The notes: generated by a model from the sequence alone, not told the origin. Positions 1-15,748 are shown, numbered from the stretch's first letter. The stretch is 64,000 nt of DNA from Sphagnum compactum (GCA_965153455.1 OZ234494.1:10664001-10728000), one strand, 5' to 3'. Program-made: numbers and translations.

Positions 1-2009
1 CTTTAGTACCTTTGTGGTTAGACTTTATCGTGTCTCCAGACTGAAATGTATTTGGTAGATTAATAATGCCTATGGGAAAAAAAAATGGTTTTGTAGCAAA
101 TATGATATTTTCCTCCTCATCGGTGATACCATTCTGGTAATCGTAACATAACAACACTTTAGGTTGTTTCACATCTATTCCCACATGTTTAGTCACCACT
201 ACAGTTCTGACCATTCCATTCCCTTGAATAATCATTGTGTTGTTCCCCCAATCATGGGCTACTTTGGCATCCCTCAACCATGGTTTCCTTAGTAATGCAA
301 TCATTGTGTGAGCACGTGAACATGAATGATGAGCTTGTGAATAGTGAGCAGTAAGCACATGAGCATAAATTTTGTGAGCAACACAAAGTTTTTAAAAAAT
401 ATTCTTGCCAAGTAGGCCAAATATTCTCCACGTAAACAAAAATATTTTGTCCATGTGGATAGAATATTTGATTAATGTGGTAAGAATATTTTTTGAATGA
501 TATAAAATATTCATCCAAATATACAAAACTAAATTATTAATGAACTTTTAACTTAGTTTGGTAATTAATTTCTATTTAATGGTGAAACATCATTCATGCG
601 AAGCAAAATGTTGAATGAATAAATGTTTATAAAACCTTATATAACATTATTTGCAAGTTCTACTCTAAAAGCCAAACATAGCATCATCACAAGCGCTAAA
701 ATTGACAATGTTCATTGTATTTATTTTTCAGAACAATTTAGAAGTGTACTCCTACCTACACAATAGCTATATTGCAGGACAACAAGCGACAAACTTCATC
801 ACAATTCAAAGTTGGAAAGTGGATGAAACTTTTGAACTACCCACAATACATAACATGCTACAAAACATAGTACATGTGTTTATAGGGCACCCACTTCACT
901 CACCAACCTAACGAACTGGACATCATTGCTACAAAATCCAAACAAGTGCAAGCTGAAAAATTCCTTATTTTAACTTCATATTGCTTCTTGTTTGGATTTT
1001 GGCCAAATAAAATCTTATAAATTCATTTATATCTAGGAGGGGGAACCTCCAATGGTGGGTTTATAATCATTTCAAGAAGTTAATTAGCCTCCCACCAATT
1101 ATAGTGTAAATTTGATATCTTGAATGGCACTATACAACGAACAGCCTTACCATTACGTGATGTTGGCCACGACATTTCATCCATTGGCCTATTTATAGGA
1201 ATGGAGCTTCCCCCTTCGAATAAACTTTAAGGAAAGATTGGTTGTCATTTATTTAGAACAAAACCTGCTTCCTCAAGAGACTTGATTTCATCTTGGACGA
1301 GCCAAATTTGATCTGTCCAATGCATATTTGCACTTCATACCACCAATGCAACGATTCTATCATTTGCATAGAATTAGAAATTGTGTAGCTTTAAAAGTGC
1401 ACCAGGGAACTAAGCCCACAGCCTTGAGTAAGTCAGGGCAGGGACACCAATAGAAGTTGGCTTAGCAATTATCCTTATAACACAAGAATGATTGGTGGAT
1501 TTTTGTAATGTGAAACATTAAACATGCGACATATAGGGCATCTTTCTATATGCCAAACTCCATCTCCACATGGAGCTTCAAGGACCTCAACATCTCCTTG
1601 AATTTGATCCACCCCAAGTTTTTCGATTTCCACACCTAATCTGGCAATTGTATGGTTTACATGAGGATGAGAAAAATTCACATGGTTGTGCCTATGAGAA
1701 TCCCTTTGATCTAGGGGCTAGGTTCACCTTCCATTTATAGGAACCAAAGATCTCCTCAACTCCCATGTGTGCGGTTCTAGTTGTGCAAGCCAATCCTAGG
1801 GAATATTTCAACCCATTTAAAATCTTGTTGGTGATGTTCTTACTCACTATTGGTACGAGGTGCAATGCAATTTTTTTGAATATGTGAGAAAATAAGTAAA
1901 AAGACATAGTTGCTAGTGCCCTTTTATGAACTTGTGATATTCCAAATACAAATATCCTATTACACCTAGACAAAGAGGACATTGCATTTGTGGCATCCAC
2001 CAATTACTT

Positions 2010-2210
2010 GGGAAAAACATAAATTATACACGCTCCAACTTCAAAATGGCCATAATGCAATTGCCCCCTTGTAGCACAATGCATTGTTTGTAAGCATGTC
2101 ATGAAAGTTTTCAAGATGCTTCATCTAAACATTCGTAATGGTTCAATTATTAGAGAGATTGGTACCTTGAATAGGGTTGCACGAGGTGGTGCAATTTTTG
2201 AACACAACAG
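2010..2210 (+). mobile_element. Degenerate SWIM zinc-finger fragment, MULE/Mutator-type transposase remnant
   Basis: In frame with ORF 2101: IHAPTSKWP*CNCPLVAQCIVCKHVMKVFKMLH, a CxCx(n)CxH SWIM motif with an in-frame stop. Confidence 0.65.
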
Positions 2211-3371
2211 TCATGAATGCAATCTTGGAAATGCTGATAACCTCACAAAATATCCTAAATCCAACATAAATGGAGACATAATCAATGTCATCAACAAGGT
2301 CTTCTTGGACCTTAGAGCCACAAATTTGGAATTTCCACCCTTGAAATTGCATTTACTCTCAGCATTGAGAATTATGAGGCAAACATAAAAACGTGTTAGT
2401 GTGGGGTGTTGCCACATTGGCACACCCAAATACCATAACTTTTTTCTCATATGTAATAGGTGATAATGACTTGAAAATTAATAAAGGATTGCTTGAATCC
2501 CTTGCCTAAAAACACAACCATTTGAAGGATACAATAATAAGGCATAGGCACATCTAAAAATTGGTTCCCCGTGTTGGGGTAAAATTCAAGTTTCTTTTGT
2601 GATATGTTGGGATTTGTAGTTATACTAAATCATGTCTATTGGAATTTGAGAACAAACATCACCTTATTTGCATTTTTCGGTGGTTTAATCTGACACCTCA
2701 TATATGGGTTTTGAACATTCTGTGGTTTTTCCAACTACATTCATAATTCTACATGTTGAAATTATTACAATGCTTTCAAATATTGGTTTTGTGCATCATC
2801 TATGTTACATTGTACAAGGAATTACATGACCATGTGATAGACATTGTTGTCACAAAAAATGTTATAACACATTATAATAACAAACAATGTTTTCAAGCTT
2901 TTGCTTAGGCATCACCCAATTTAATAAGTGTAACTTGGGGGCTTAACATGTGTTTAAGCATCTCCCAATCCAATAAGTGCAACTTTGGGGCTTAAGTGTA
3001 TGATTAATTTGGAAATACGATTATCTAGATTAAAAATGTTAAATTGTACAATCCATCACTATGAGAAAAAAAGGTGTTTTGCAACTGCCTTGCAATTTAG
3101 TTTTTGAGTTGCAATGACCATTTACAACTCATCGTATTCTATGTTGCGAGTGTTATTGGACAAGTTGCATGAATTGTAAGAGTTGCAATTCATCATATAT
3201 ATAGTGCAACTTGTTGCAATTCAATTACAATTCTACTGAAACAACTAATTTTCAACTACTATGCAATTTCACTACATTTATAGCCATAACATCATGCCAA
3301 TGTTACTAATTTTCTTCTATCCATTAAAATTTGAAATGTGGCACAACAATGTTTTTTGCCACATGGGTGAA

Positions 3372-4010
3372 AACAAAGAAATCAAGGGCACCAAGGTAAA
3401 AGTCCTTTTCCAAATACTATTACATGACACATGTCCTTTTTGTGTTGGTTTATAACTTAAAATTTTGTATTTTGGATAGCTAGTTTAACATTACATGTTA
3501 CATATATATATGTTTTGATTACAAATTGATTTTATGTCATATATATTATGCATTTATGCCCTTAATCACATAAATATGAACAACTTTTATTAAGACCACA
3601 TTTTCAAAATCCATAATTTTCAGGATCAAAAACACATTTGAACCAAATGTGCTCAAATGGTTATAAAAACAATTTTCATTGGTTCAAGTCCTTTTGCCCT
3701 TTAATCATCAATATTAAAATCCTCTCCAATTTTAAAAAAGAATTGTGCACATTTGGTAGAAAAAAAAGACGTTTGAAAAAAATAAAGATTGTCCACTTTC
3801 AAGGTTTGGGAGCTTTGAACATGTAAGACATTTTTTATTCGTGTCAAGTTTTGAGCATATAAACTTTGCAATTAATGAAAAATATTCCAAAAAAATTTGT
3901 GACCTTGATTCAAACTATTATGTTTCATTTGTGATCTTTAAAACATACAAAGAAAATAATTTTAAGTCTAGTGTCCATTCATTTGGGTGGCTCCTTTGAC
4001 TATGTTTTTA
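3372..4010. mobile_element. ~630 bp MITE-like dispersed repeat (family 1, copy 1)
   Basis: Colinear with 38557-39176 (ggcaccaaggtaaaagtc...catttgggtggytcctttractatgtt); imperfect terminal inverted repeats. Confidence 0.7.
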
Positions 4011-4479
4011 TCCACATGGCATATTACCTGAATTTTGAAAATTTTTTTAAAATAAATATATATTTTAATAGCTAAGTAGGTTAGTACATAACCATAAATA
4101 GGTAGGTTGGTAGGTCCTAGGACCTACATGCCTACACTACATACTTACTTACCTACCTACCTACATAAGTAGGTAGATGAATAGGAGTTACTTATTTACA
4201 TAGGTAAACAAATAGGTAAGAAAATACAAGACTAGATGAATTAAAACATAGTCATGTAAATATTTTTATTTTTAAATTACATGTTTTTCTTTTAAAGTTA
4301 AGTTTTTTTGAGTTCATCCCAGCATGGCATGTGTATTTTAATGTGAGAACATATGAGAAGATACCTTCTTTATATAATTTGTGACATGAGATTCAAAGAC
4401 AAAACATATGGGTTAAATCTTAATTATTTCTTAGTTGCAAGTTGAATTGTAATTATAGAAAGATTTTTTCACATGCTTT

Positions 4480-5580
4480 GTGTTTGTTTTACATTATGTA
4501 AGTCATATATTAAATTAGTAATTATATGATATATATAGGTGAATTAATCATATAATAGTTAATCATCAAAGAAATTGATTTAAATTAATTAATTTAGTGT
4601 AGATAATTAAAAATCAAAATAATTTATCTCATATTTTATATGGAAACTAAAATTTTAAATTAAATATTCAATAACTAATTATTTGGATCAATTATGTGAA
4701 TTATTTAACCAGTGAGCTAGTTAATAAACTTATTTGAATTTGTTTGTTTAATTCATCTATTTTTTAGTTTATTACTTCAAATAATGAATTATTTGATTTC
4801 AGATAATTTATTATTAGATGATTAATTATCTAAATTCATGTAATTAGTCATTTATTAGCTGAACATTTTTTAAAAGTTAGTTATTTGAATTAACAAAAAA
4901 AATAATTATTTGAATAAAATTGCTTTATAGTTCATATTAATAGTAAATTATTCAATTTCAGTAATCAGTTCATAATAATTAAATAAAATACATAATACTT
5001 TCTATTTAATAATAAATAAATTATTGAAAAACTTCATTACTAAATATTTAAAATTAAATATGAATTTGGGTAGAAAACATCAAGGTATAAATAGACATAT
5101 CCATATGTCCATCCATATTGAATTTCTAACATAATATACACATTTTAAAAATTTCACGTTTAATTTGATTATATGTAATTAGAGAACTACTTTGTTAGTG
5201 AATTTAGATAATTAATCATCTGGTAATTATTGATGAGATAATATGTATGTTAATTAATTAGTTTAATTCATTATTAAGTATCCCCAACTGAAATAAATAT
5301 TTATTGGATTATTATTTGATGAGTAATTATTATTCCTATACATCCATATTATTCAATCTAATAAACATAATTGATTAATTTGTTCATTCAAAAATAATAA
5401 AATTAGTTATAATTATTTATTTGGGTTAATAATAAATTATTTAGTATAATTAATAAGTTCATAATAATTATGTGTATTAAGTTCAATTAATATTTAATAG
5501 TTCATAGTTAAATTGTTGAAACAATAATGTTTTATAAAATATTATATATGAATTTGTATACTTATTAAAGTATAAGTTGT
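4480..5580. other. Extremely AT-rich low-complexity non-coding tract
   Basis: Dominated by taat/atta words; no ORFs in the track. Confidence 0.7.
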
Positions 5581-8500
5581 TGCATAATAGTCACAACATA
5601 GTTGAACATTAGTAGTTCAAAATTGATGTAATAGTGGCCTTACTAATTGTATAAATGGTAATCATAATTGAAAACTAGTTGCAAATGTAAATGGGCGTTG
5701 GAAATGTAGACACATGGCATGATCACATGTATGTACATTGTACATTAGTTGAATCATGAAGTAATTCCCAATGTTGTTTCTTATGTGTATGGCATCAAAT
5801 CAAAGAAAACAATTGTTGATATGTACCTTTTCATCAAATTCATAAAGTTGTTGTAGAACATATTCATTTTTAATTTTTTTTGAAGGTCAATGAAAGACTT
5901 GTTTTCTTTGCTTCATATTCTTTCTTCAAGGTTAGGTATTCTAGGTGGTCCTTCAAACCCTTGATCTCTCGCAATCTTTCCATTGTTTTTTTCTCAGCCC
6001 CATTGGATGTCCATGTAGCCAAACAACTCTCCATTATACCCTATATTTGACCACTTCTATCAATGCCTCCACTTTCCAATAACAAGATCCATAAGTCAAT
6101 TAACACATGGAGAAACCAAATTCAACATGAAATTGACATTTAAATGGTTGTTAGAATTGAAAAAACATGAAAGGAGGTGGATGTAGACTTACAATAAGAT
6201 ATAATTGCAATTGCCCAAATGCAACAACAAGATTGTTGTGTAGAGTTTTTATTGTTTCCATGTTCATAAGGATTGCCATATGCATTCTTTGGGATCTTGT
6301 AGAAGAGTCCTGTCCATAACTGTTTCCGTATCCAACAAGGCAAACAACATTCATTAACACTTCTTTTGGACGAGGAGGCAATTCACAATGTGCATTCACT
6401 TGATGCATATGTCCTTTTTAACAAATCTAGGCCGTGGAGGTGGCATAACCCCCATTTCCCCAAATCTTGGATTTGGTGTGGTTTGTTTAGGAGGAAGATA
6501 GACTTCATTTAAAGCAAGACATTTGTTTCGACTAGGTACACGATCTTGCCAAACTTCAAACCTTACCTAATAATTTCCTTTGTTTCATTCTTGTTCCAAG
6601 TCAGGTACATTTTTAAGAGGTCTTTCCCCTTATAAATAGGGCACTAATTCATCATTTTGTGATAAGAAATAGTGTTCATATTTGTCATGCAAACCTTGTA
6701 GAACTTACATTGGAAGGAAGGACGATTGTCAATAGGGTTGTTAGGTTGCTTATAATCAAAATGTGCTTCCATTACAAGTTCTTCATACTCATCCTCAAGA
6801 TACAAGGCCATACATATTCTCCTACTTTGTTGCATGTTAGTTGCACTTGTAGATTTTGGTCTTGCGAGATGGACCTCCAAAACCTCATGAGCACGTCATA
6901 ATTGAATACACAATAATAAAACCCAAATTCAATCTGCAATTTTGTGATATTAAACACATTGCAACATTTTTTTTTGTGGCAAGCTACCTATTAGTAAAAT
7001 TCATCAACCATAACACATGGCAAAACAATTGTTATAAACGTGATTTTACAAGTTTTTGCAAATATAAAGTAACTAGAAAAATGACAAAAGGAGCAAGAGA
7101 TTAGAAAATAATTACAAAACTGCCATCAAGCTATTTGCAATACAAAACCTTTTGAAATCTATTCATTGTGAATTGGAAAACAAGTACAATGTACATGACC
7201 TACACCGAATTCTGTACAATTGATCTACAATTTTGTGATATTTAACACATTGCAGCATAACTGTTTCCAATGGCAAGCCACTCAAGATAAATTTGCCTCC
7301 ATTGGTTGATTTTGTTTGATGTGCTTTGTTTGTTTGAAGGGGCTAAAACATGGAAAAAGAAGTTGACAAAACATTAGAGAGAAATGGAAAGAAGGAATAT
7401 TGTGACATATTAAAGTTGTTTGGTTTGGGTCATTTGATGTCAATTATTCTATTTTTTAGGGTTTGATTGTGGAATTAAGAAATTGCAAGAACATATTGGA
7501 AAAAAAACAATAAAGAATATGCCCACACAAATAAGTAAACAACAATAGACTGACAGAAAAAGAATGGTGGAAAAGTAGGGAGGAAAAAAAATCAAGTGAG
7601 GAACATACCCCTCCTACCCATCCTATAGGTGCATTAAAGATAATGTTGATATATTTTTGTCGCCCAAGCAGTTGGATCATATAAGGATCCTCATGTGCAT
7701 GTATGGGTAGCACCCCCTGAAGCAAGTGGCCTTGGTTGATGACTCATGTCGATGGCATCGTGTGTGTTCCATGTTGTCTATGATTCCTTGTCCTCTTCTA
7801 CACTATCAAATTCTCTTACATTGTCGACGTCTTCCACATTGACGATAATGGGAGTAAGACAACTTCAATTAGTAGTGATGCCGCTAGGTACAAGGGAGGA
7901 GAGCCATTTAATCAGATTAGCATTGAGCTCACATGAAGGCTTTCCTTGCAACGACTCCATTGTTGCAATCACTCAAAACTTTAAACGTAGCAAGAAAATA
8001 ATGCAAAACATATTTAAAAATGTCAATTGCACAAGTTAATGCAAGCTCACAAGTTTCATACACAAAAAACCTAATCCTTAAATACTTGCACAATTGTTAT
8101 GTCAAGTGCATTATGAGCTGCCCAAAATAAAAATGACACAAGAAATGTTTCTAGCTTTGTTGTGGTTTTTGTTACATTTGTAATCTTGATTTTTACGAGT
8201 TGAAAATAAAAAACGTTGAAGGCTCTATTTTTAGCTGAATTTCATATCTATGCACATGTAAAAATTTAGGTAGAATATGGGAGTGTTCTGTAGACCACAT
8301 TGTGATTACAATTGACGACGAATGTTGGGGAAGATGTTCAACGACATTTATAGACGACATAAGGTAACCCACCCCCCCCCCCCCCCCCACCCCCCCGCCT
8401 TTGGCTAGGTGGAAGCTCATTCAAAAACCATTTAACATGTAATCTTTTCTTGTGTGTTATGCCTAGAGTAGCAAGTAGAAGGGACTAAATCCTGGAGCTT

Positions 8501-10209
8501 AATTTGGTTTTTTGTACTATAGAGAGGGCCACTCTATGTCAAATTCTATTAGGTGTACATTCAGTGAGAGACCCTACAGGAAGTTCACCAAGGTAGGGTT
8601 TAGAACTTTTGGCAGAATCAACCATTTGGCCCACTCTAGGGGTTAGAAAGAAAGGGTGTAGAATCAAAATTAGCAATGTTGTCGATGTTGATTTTGCTAC
8701 TCAACTAGGCACCAACACAACGCAAATAGGCATGTCTTTTTAATGCATGTAGCTGCTTGTAATCATCTAACACCAGTCAACACAAAACCTTCTAGTAACC
8801 TAACACCAATTGAGACAAAACCTCCTAGTAACATAAAAAGAAGACAAGTTATAGTGATGCTTGTCGAAAGACACTAAATACCCACTAATGAACATTGTGA
8901 TGTCAATGTGATGCTTGCACAATTCTATGTAAGGTTTGACTAATGCGTTAAAAAATAAGAATAAAGGATCATGTTGTTGTAAAATGGTAGGAAGTAGGTT
9001 GTTGGTGGGTGCTGGTTCTTACATTGTTGAAGTTGTTGCTCAAACCTTATACGGACCATCAAAATCATAATTTATTTATTTTTGTTCTTGGAGCATCTCT
9101 AGTAGGTAGCAGTTGTAAGACGTCTTAAATTGGAAATGTTGGATGAAGTACAACATTCAAACTCCATAGATTCCTTGAACATTTGCTTTGAGCTTGAAAA
9201 AATGCACATATTTTTAGACCTTGGAAGAGCCTTGGAAGAATGCAATAAGTAAGAAGTGATTGTTGGTAACTGATTTTGATGAATAATTGTAATGATTGGC
9301 TTAAGTGTTGAGATTTAAATTGTTTTTCACTTTATATTGTTTAAATTTTCTTATTTACAGTTGAGGAGGGGTGGAACATTTGACTAATATATTGGATGTG
9401 ACAAATTCGAATTGAGGGTGTGGGTGGAGATGCTCTTAAGCAAAACAAGTATTGTTTGTAAAGGACACAAACTATGCAATGTGCAAAACCACATATAGGG
9501 CTCCATAAACAAGCTTTGAAAAGAGCTCATGCAATGCATAAAATCACACAAGGCTCCATAAATAGGCTTTGGACAGAGCTTGCGAGAGAGTATTTAATGT
9601 CTCCCATGCATTTTGAAAAGCACTACCCACATTCAAAATTAAATGTCTATGACAAACGTTTTGTGTTTTCCATTCTTATATGGGATAGTCTTTCATCTTT
9701 GCTGCAAGAACACTTGATCAGAGATCACACCCTTCCAAGGATCCCGCTTGTAGGCAAATATCATGGGGACAATTGGACCAGTACAGAACAATCTTTTGAG
9801 ATTTATAAATCTCTAAAACAAAAGAAATTTGAACCATTAGTTGAAATTTTGATTTTGCTGGGTCAATCAAAAGGAAGATATTGATTCCGTCTTAGTGCGA
9901 AATGCCCTACTTTCATAAATATTTCTTAATCCAATATAATAGTTTCAAAAAGTTTGACAAGATTTTAGATTTTACACATTTTTCCTGCTCATGTGTATTT
10001 TGATTTTTTTGCCTTCTATTTGATAAGGCATCCCATGAAATCACCTTTCATTTGACTATTTTACTTGACTCTTCTTGAAAAGACAACCAAAGTTTAACTT
10101 AAGACTCATAAGGACAACATGTCAAAAATCTACTTTCAAGTATTAGGTATTGAATTCTATTCATCATAACAAGAGCAATGTTGAACAATATTATACTCTT
10201 ATCAAGAAC

Positions 10210-10517
10210 CTCTCTAAGAAAAAAGCCCTTTTGGTTTTGGTTCCACATGTAACTGGAACCAGGAATAAAAAAATCCCATTTCGAAATCAAATATTGATTT
10301 TAAAAATCAGATCCAGTTCTACGTTAACCTTTGGTTAGCCTATGGCCTAGTCTTTTTTTCAAGTAAATTTTTCTCAAAATCTCAATTTCAGTTCCACAAG
10401 TAAATGGAATCAGGAACCTGGTTCTAGTTCCAATTCTGAAAAGCAGACCTAGTTCTAGTCCAAATTTACTAAAACCAATGGTTTTAACCCACCAAACTGG
10501 GTACCCACCCAACACAG
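10210..10517. mobile_element. ggttc/gaacc-rich non-autonomous repeat; relatives in intron 4 of both RLK copies (~27420-27633, ~60143-60356)
   Basis: Shared end aaactgggtacccacccaacacag versus aaactgaatacccacccaatacag, and a shared ttttggttttggtt motif. Confidence 0.5.
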
Positions 10518-11863
10518 AACAAGTCCTGCATCAGAACATCCAAAGTGCCCCACTTCAAAAGAGACAGAAATGGCTGTTGATGGAATTTCATGGGGGGGAG
10601 AAAACTTGTCTTGCTTGAAAGAACTTCATTTATTTGACAAATTGCAACACTTGCTTAAATTACAACCCATTTTCTATGGAAGCTTCATGACGTTTGGCCA
10701 TTGATATGCCATTCATAGCCACATCCACAAAATTGCCATGTTTTAGTAAAAACTTTATTTTCACATTCAATAAAGTTATGCGTAAAGTCAGGAAAAGACG
10801 CCACCGGAACCCCTTGTTTGGTCGCATAGGGGATGAGATTTCAAAAAACAGGAAAAAACGGAAAAACACTGGACTTCAACGGGGTATGAAACTCAGTTTG
10901 GCAGCAAATTTGGCACTAAATTGAGTTTACCTTGTCCTTTCTTTTCCTGACCAATCACTGCTGTTATGTGTACTGTAGCTAAATGTCCTCGAGCCTTGTG
11001 CATTTAATCATGAGTCTCAGTATTTCATACCCTTATTGAATAAAATTTCGTGACTTCGTGGACAACAGCCAGGAAGGGATGAAGCATCAAATGAGGGGTG
11101 CAACTCAGGCCCAGCAGGGCATGACTTTAGGGATAACTCTAATGTTTCCACAAAGTCAAGTTTTTCTCTCTTCTTGCATCAATTCTAGCTTCGAGTAACC
11201 AATATTAAAAAATAAGAAGTCTTTTGGTGATTGTGATTGAATTGAAGTGTCAAAATAATTAGCTTCTAGCTACTTGAGTTCTCAATGTTCATGTGAAGGA
11301 CATGAACCCTTGTCACAAAGGACACTGCACCCGATGGCAACACATGATCTTACATGCAACCCACAAATTAGTTCTAGTGCTTAAAAGAAAACTTCAAATG
11401 GGAGGGGAGAAAGTTACCTTGCGAGCGAATTAGTTGGCATCATGGAAACATGTGGTCAAATTCAACTTGATTTTTTCATCATCCAACCACACAAGTTCAA
11501 CACACATGGTCCATGATTCATAAGAAGCTATCCTAAAGGCAAAAAATTCATAATCCAAAATCTAACAATCCATACACACAAAAATGCAAAATGCAAGGGC
11601 TTTAAAAAGGAGATAATTTAGATAGTAGAATCTATTCATGATTCAACCTTGTTATAGTAGCAAAACATGTTAGAAAATGAGCCAAGCAACGACATATTAA
11701 CATCCCAACATTTGCAATGTGCATCACCAAGGTTTATATTTCATGTGGGCATGGATTTTAGAATGTTTCATGGATTGCAATGTAAAGCAGTTGTTTATTC
11801 AAAAACGTAGAATTCTTAATTTGATACATGGCATTAAGTAATACAACATGTTAGGCGAACCGT

Positions 11864-12778
11864 TGTGACGCACCCCCAAATCTTGGATAGACTCAATTAC
11901 GAGTCCAAAGGTGAAAACAATGGAAGGATAAGGAGTTGGGGTACACTCTTTGACTTGCAGCACTTTGGGGGTAGAAAGGCGTGCTGGAGCTTTGAGATGG
12001 GGACTAGGATGAGTGCAAGTGGGCCAATTATTCACACATACCTACACAAACCAAACAACAAGTTGGTTAGTGCGTAATCAAAGCACTTTAGGTGCACGGA
12101 CGAACCATGGGCAAACACGGATTCACAAGACCCACCATAGCCTGAATTTGGGCGAAGCCACCACCTTCCCCCTTATTGTATTCTCTATGCCTGGCTACAG
12201 GGCTTGCACCCAAATGTGATTTTGTCTTGGGCCTCCCAATTTGGGAGCCCCGAAATTCTCTAAATTGGGATTTCGCGACTTTTGGAGGCTCATGACTTCT
12301 TGTGAAAACCTCTGATTGAGATGAGGTCTAAAGCAAAGTTATAGCCCTCGTCGAGAGTTTTCCAACGATATATGGCACGCCACCTGCACGCAAGTAAATC
12401 AGGGCGATTCCTGACTTTTAGTGGTCGGGAGTCAAATTGGCACTTTGATTCCCATCCCTTCTTTTGGCCGTAACTTATGTTTTAAGTACCCAAATGGGTC
12501 ATGCGAGCCCATTTTAGACATATACGTTTCAAGAGATTTCCAATAGTATAAGGAATTCTCCAATGAGTTTTGACCCCCTGCAATCACTCTCTAAAGATTT
12601 GAGATTCCATTAGGATTCCAATTCTTAAAGTGGGAGTTCATTTGGGAGTGTGGGGGCTCATTCCCTCACACTCTCCTACACTCTCGGGAGCATGAAATGT
12701 GATTGCCGAGCTTCATTCTTGGCTCGCACCTTTGCAAGCCCTTGCCTTGGTCGCGAGCCTAAGGTTAAGGTTGCGACA
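11864..12778. mobile_element. ~915 bp TG...CA-bounded repeat, solo-LTR-like
   Basis: Sharp GC rise against the flanks; begins TGTGACGCA and ends TGCGACA (short imperfect inverted ends); no convincing coding frame; no clear target-site duplication. Confidence 0.6.
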
Positions 12779-12859
12779 ATTTTAGAACCCAAAAAATAAT
12801 TTTAAAGCCAAAATTAAAAATGACATTAGGCTCTCACTATTCAAGCTAGAAAACCCCTC

Positions 12860-14420
12860 TTAGCTTTCTCATTGGTCCAAGTTGTGATGGCATCGTTGTA
12901 AGGAAAGAAATTGAAACAATGTAGAAGGTATTGCAAACATATCAACCATTAAATCCAGATGGTCACTAAGTTTGTCCCATAGTTTTGTCTTCATGAAGGT
13001 CAAGGTTGAAAAAGTTTTCTCATCCTCAACAAACCCCATGATTTGGACCACAATTAATTTTGCCACCTTCATGAACTCAGATAGGCGTGTACATAACAAT
13101 GTAGTACAAATTTGCTTAGCATAATTTCATGGCAACAACAAAGTCACATACAAAACACTCTCGAAATTGGGAGAATTTGATTAATTCATTCAACCCTTCA
13201 AACATGGCATGATGCAAGAAAGGCCCAACATTATTTCTAAGTCGCAAATAAGCTCCAGATTATGGGCAACCTACATGATAATGTTGGCATTTTGATGCAT
13301 CTTTAAGACCCAGGCATGATATTTTGACAAAACCATTTTGGCTAGAAGTAACATTAAAATCTAGCATGTCTTGATGTTTCTAAAAATGTATTTTCATAAT
13401 GTTGGCTAGTTTGACAAACTTTTGAGTCTTTTTTAGACTATGAAAGAAATAAGAGTACAAGTTCTGCAAAACATCCTCAATTTTCCCCGCAATGTTCCAT
13501 CTTAGAAATTGTTTGCACCACCAAATTTGTGTGATGACTCATGCAATACAAACTAATCATGAAAAGTGTAGTCTAGTCTTTAAGTTGGACTATCACACAT
13601 GTTTTAACACCTTGAAAGACACTCACCCCGTTAACTCCAAATCTGATCAACTTGGATGCAATACTTTCTTATGTCAGATCACCATAAAACCATAACATCC
13701 ACCAAAATGAGTTTCAAGTTATTTAAATTGGCCCCATCAACCACTTGTTGCAACGATGTCACAAAACAATTTTTTGCCAACCTCCAACCACATATGCATG
13801 TATGGAAACCCATGATTGTTGGTCACAAGTTGTGACCTCATCACAAGAAAGGGAAATGAATTGAACACTCTGCACTAAATTTTTTGTTTTGTTCACAACA
13901 ACCTCATGCATATAGGTTGCCATCTCCCAACCAATGCTACTAAACCAATGCATTATCGGATAATTTTTTTTGTCAAGAAATTGTAGCAACTTGTTTTTGT
14001 TCTCATAATCGTCATGGGTTTACCTTTAGACAACAAATGAAAGTAAACAAAAAATTGAACTAACTTCTTCTTCCTTTCATCAACAATAACATGGGAAACT
14101 TAATTAATAACTTTTTTTTTTCTAATTACCATGTACAACCATTCATTCTTAGTATGAACCAAATTTTTGTTCATTTAGTACTCACCAAATTTATAGACCC
14201 CTCAAATACTGGTTAGAATTCTTTTCCTACTACCATGTTTTCAAAGACTATTCAATTTAGGGGCCAATTTTTTTCTTTACCCTCAATTTTGTTACAAACT
14301 TTACATCTAACTTGATGCATTTTCCCATTTACATCCACCATAGATTCAGCCTAGGGGAGTTTTACATTCCAAAGATCTTGAAACACCATATTTCTATCAT
14401 ACTCCTTCCTTCTTTTTGTT
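12860..14420 (-). pseudogene. Decayed hAT-superfamily (ZNF862-like) transposase
   Basis: Minus-strand fragments in the expected order: a CxxC zinc-finger-like segment (VDVNGKMHQVRCKVCNKI, ~14300-14350); FISLSCDEVTTCDQQSWVSIHAYVV (first catalytic Asp region); VEDEKTFSTLTFMKTKLWDKLSDHLDL (hAT C-terminal dimerisation, ERxFS-like). Many stops and frameshifts. Confidence 0.8.
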
Positions 14421-15748
14421 TTATTCAATAAAAATCCAAAGATCTACCTTTGAAGGAGGCTTAAAAGAAGTTGGGACAATGTCTGGGGTCTGGTTATTAG
14501 ATCCTACAATTATACCAATAGATTCATCTTGCAAAAAAAAGTGAAAAAAATTAAAGTTTTATGGAGGTTGTAAAGGTGCCATGCTTTAATGGAGGAAATG
14601 AAAAATAAAACCCAAAAAGAACACTAAACCCTAATCCTCTTCCTTTACTTTGGAAATTTGAATCTTAAACATTGGGTTGCTCAAAATTAGAATGGAAAGC
14701 AAATTTCAAAAGGGCGGATAGACAATGATGCAAGAACAACACATGTAATTATAATGAATTTTAAACCGTAAATGTTGTTCGAACCTCAAATATCAACAAT
14801 GACGATTTATGGTTCGATGATTTTCAATTCTTGAAAGTTCGTAAGAAAATGAAGAAGGTTAGGAAATAAAACTTTGGTACCTCATATGATTTGTAAAGGG
14901 CTGATGTTTGTTGTTCAAAGTGAATCGGAAGTTGGAAGTTGGAATTCGATACCTTGTCCCTTTAGTGATCAGCCTTGACATCTAGATTCCAAGGTTTAAG
15001 TTGTGCATCATCATTGTTTGAACTTCACAAGGTTCGAGTTTGAACAATCTAATCTACAATTTTATAGTTATGACTCACAATGCATGAAATTACTTTAGAT
15101 TGTGAACATCATCCTTTGAAAATTTGATGCAAAACAATCTTGGAGCATAAAACATTGGCACAAGATAAGTATTCCAATTATGGAGGGCAATACAAGCTAC
15201 AACCATAATGCAAGGGAAATTATGAAATACAGTGGGACCTTTCATTTTGTCATCCGCACTAAAATTTTGAACTTGCCATGGTACAATGGTAATTTAAGCA
15301 TGAATAAATGTGGGATGTGGACTAGTATTGCCAATACAACTAGTAATCGAATGAGCTTCCATCAGTTGTTCAAATTGTGAAATATGTATTATATCGAGTC
15401 TTGCCACCCCATACTCAATGGAAGAAGTAATAAAGAAAGCTACTTTGCCCAATACTATGACAAGACGAATGACCCCATGGCATCATCTAAAATAATTATT
15501 TGAAGAAGGTCCCATCCCCAAACCTTTGGCATATTGATTAGGCAATTGATTCATATCCAATGGAATGAGAACAAATTCTTCTTTTGTTAGATTTATTTGA
15601 AGTAATTTGTCATTTCTGATTATTTTGGGCAAAACTTCCCAAGTAATGTTTTTTTGGAGCAAATTTTCTCATTGTATAGATTCTTTTGCAAAACAATAAA
15701 ACGAAGATGAAACAACCTTGTTTTTAGGTTTCTTTTTCATCATACTTC

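Noticed and set aside
5900-9900. Scattered 60-136 aa ORFs (e.g. 6151-6408, 6644-6880, 9474-9884)
   Set aside because: They look like decayed TE-borne coding sequence, but I could not assign a family or build a spliced model.
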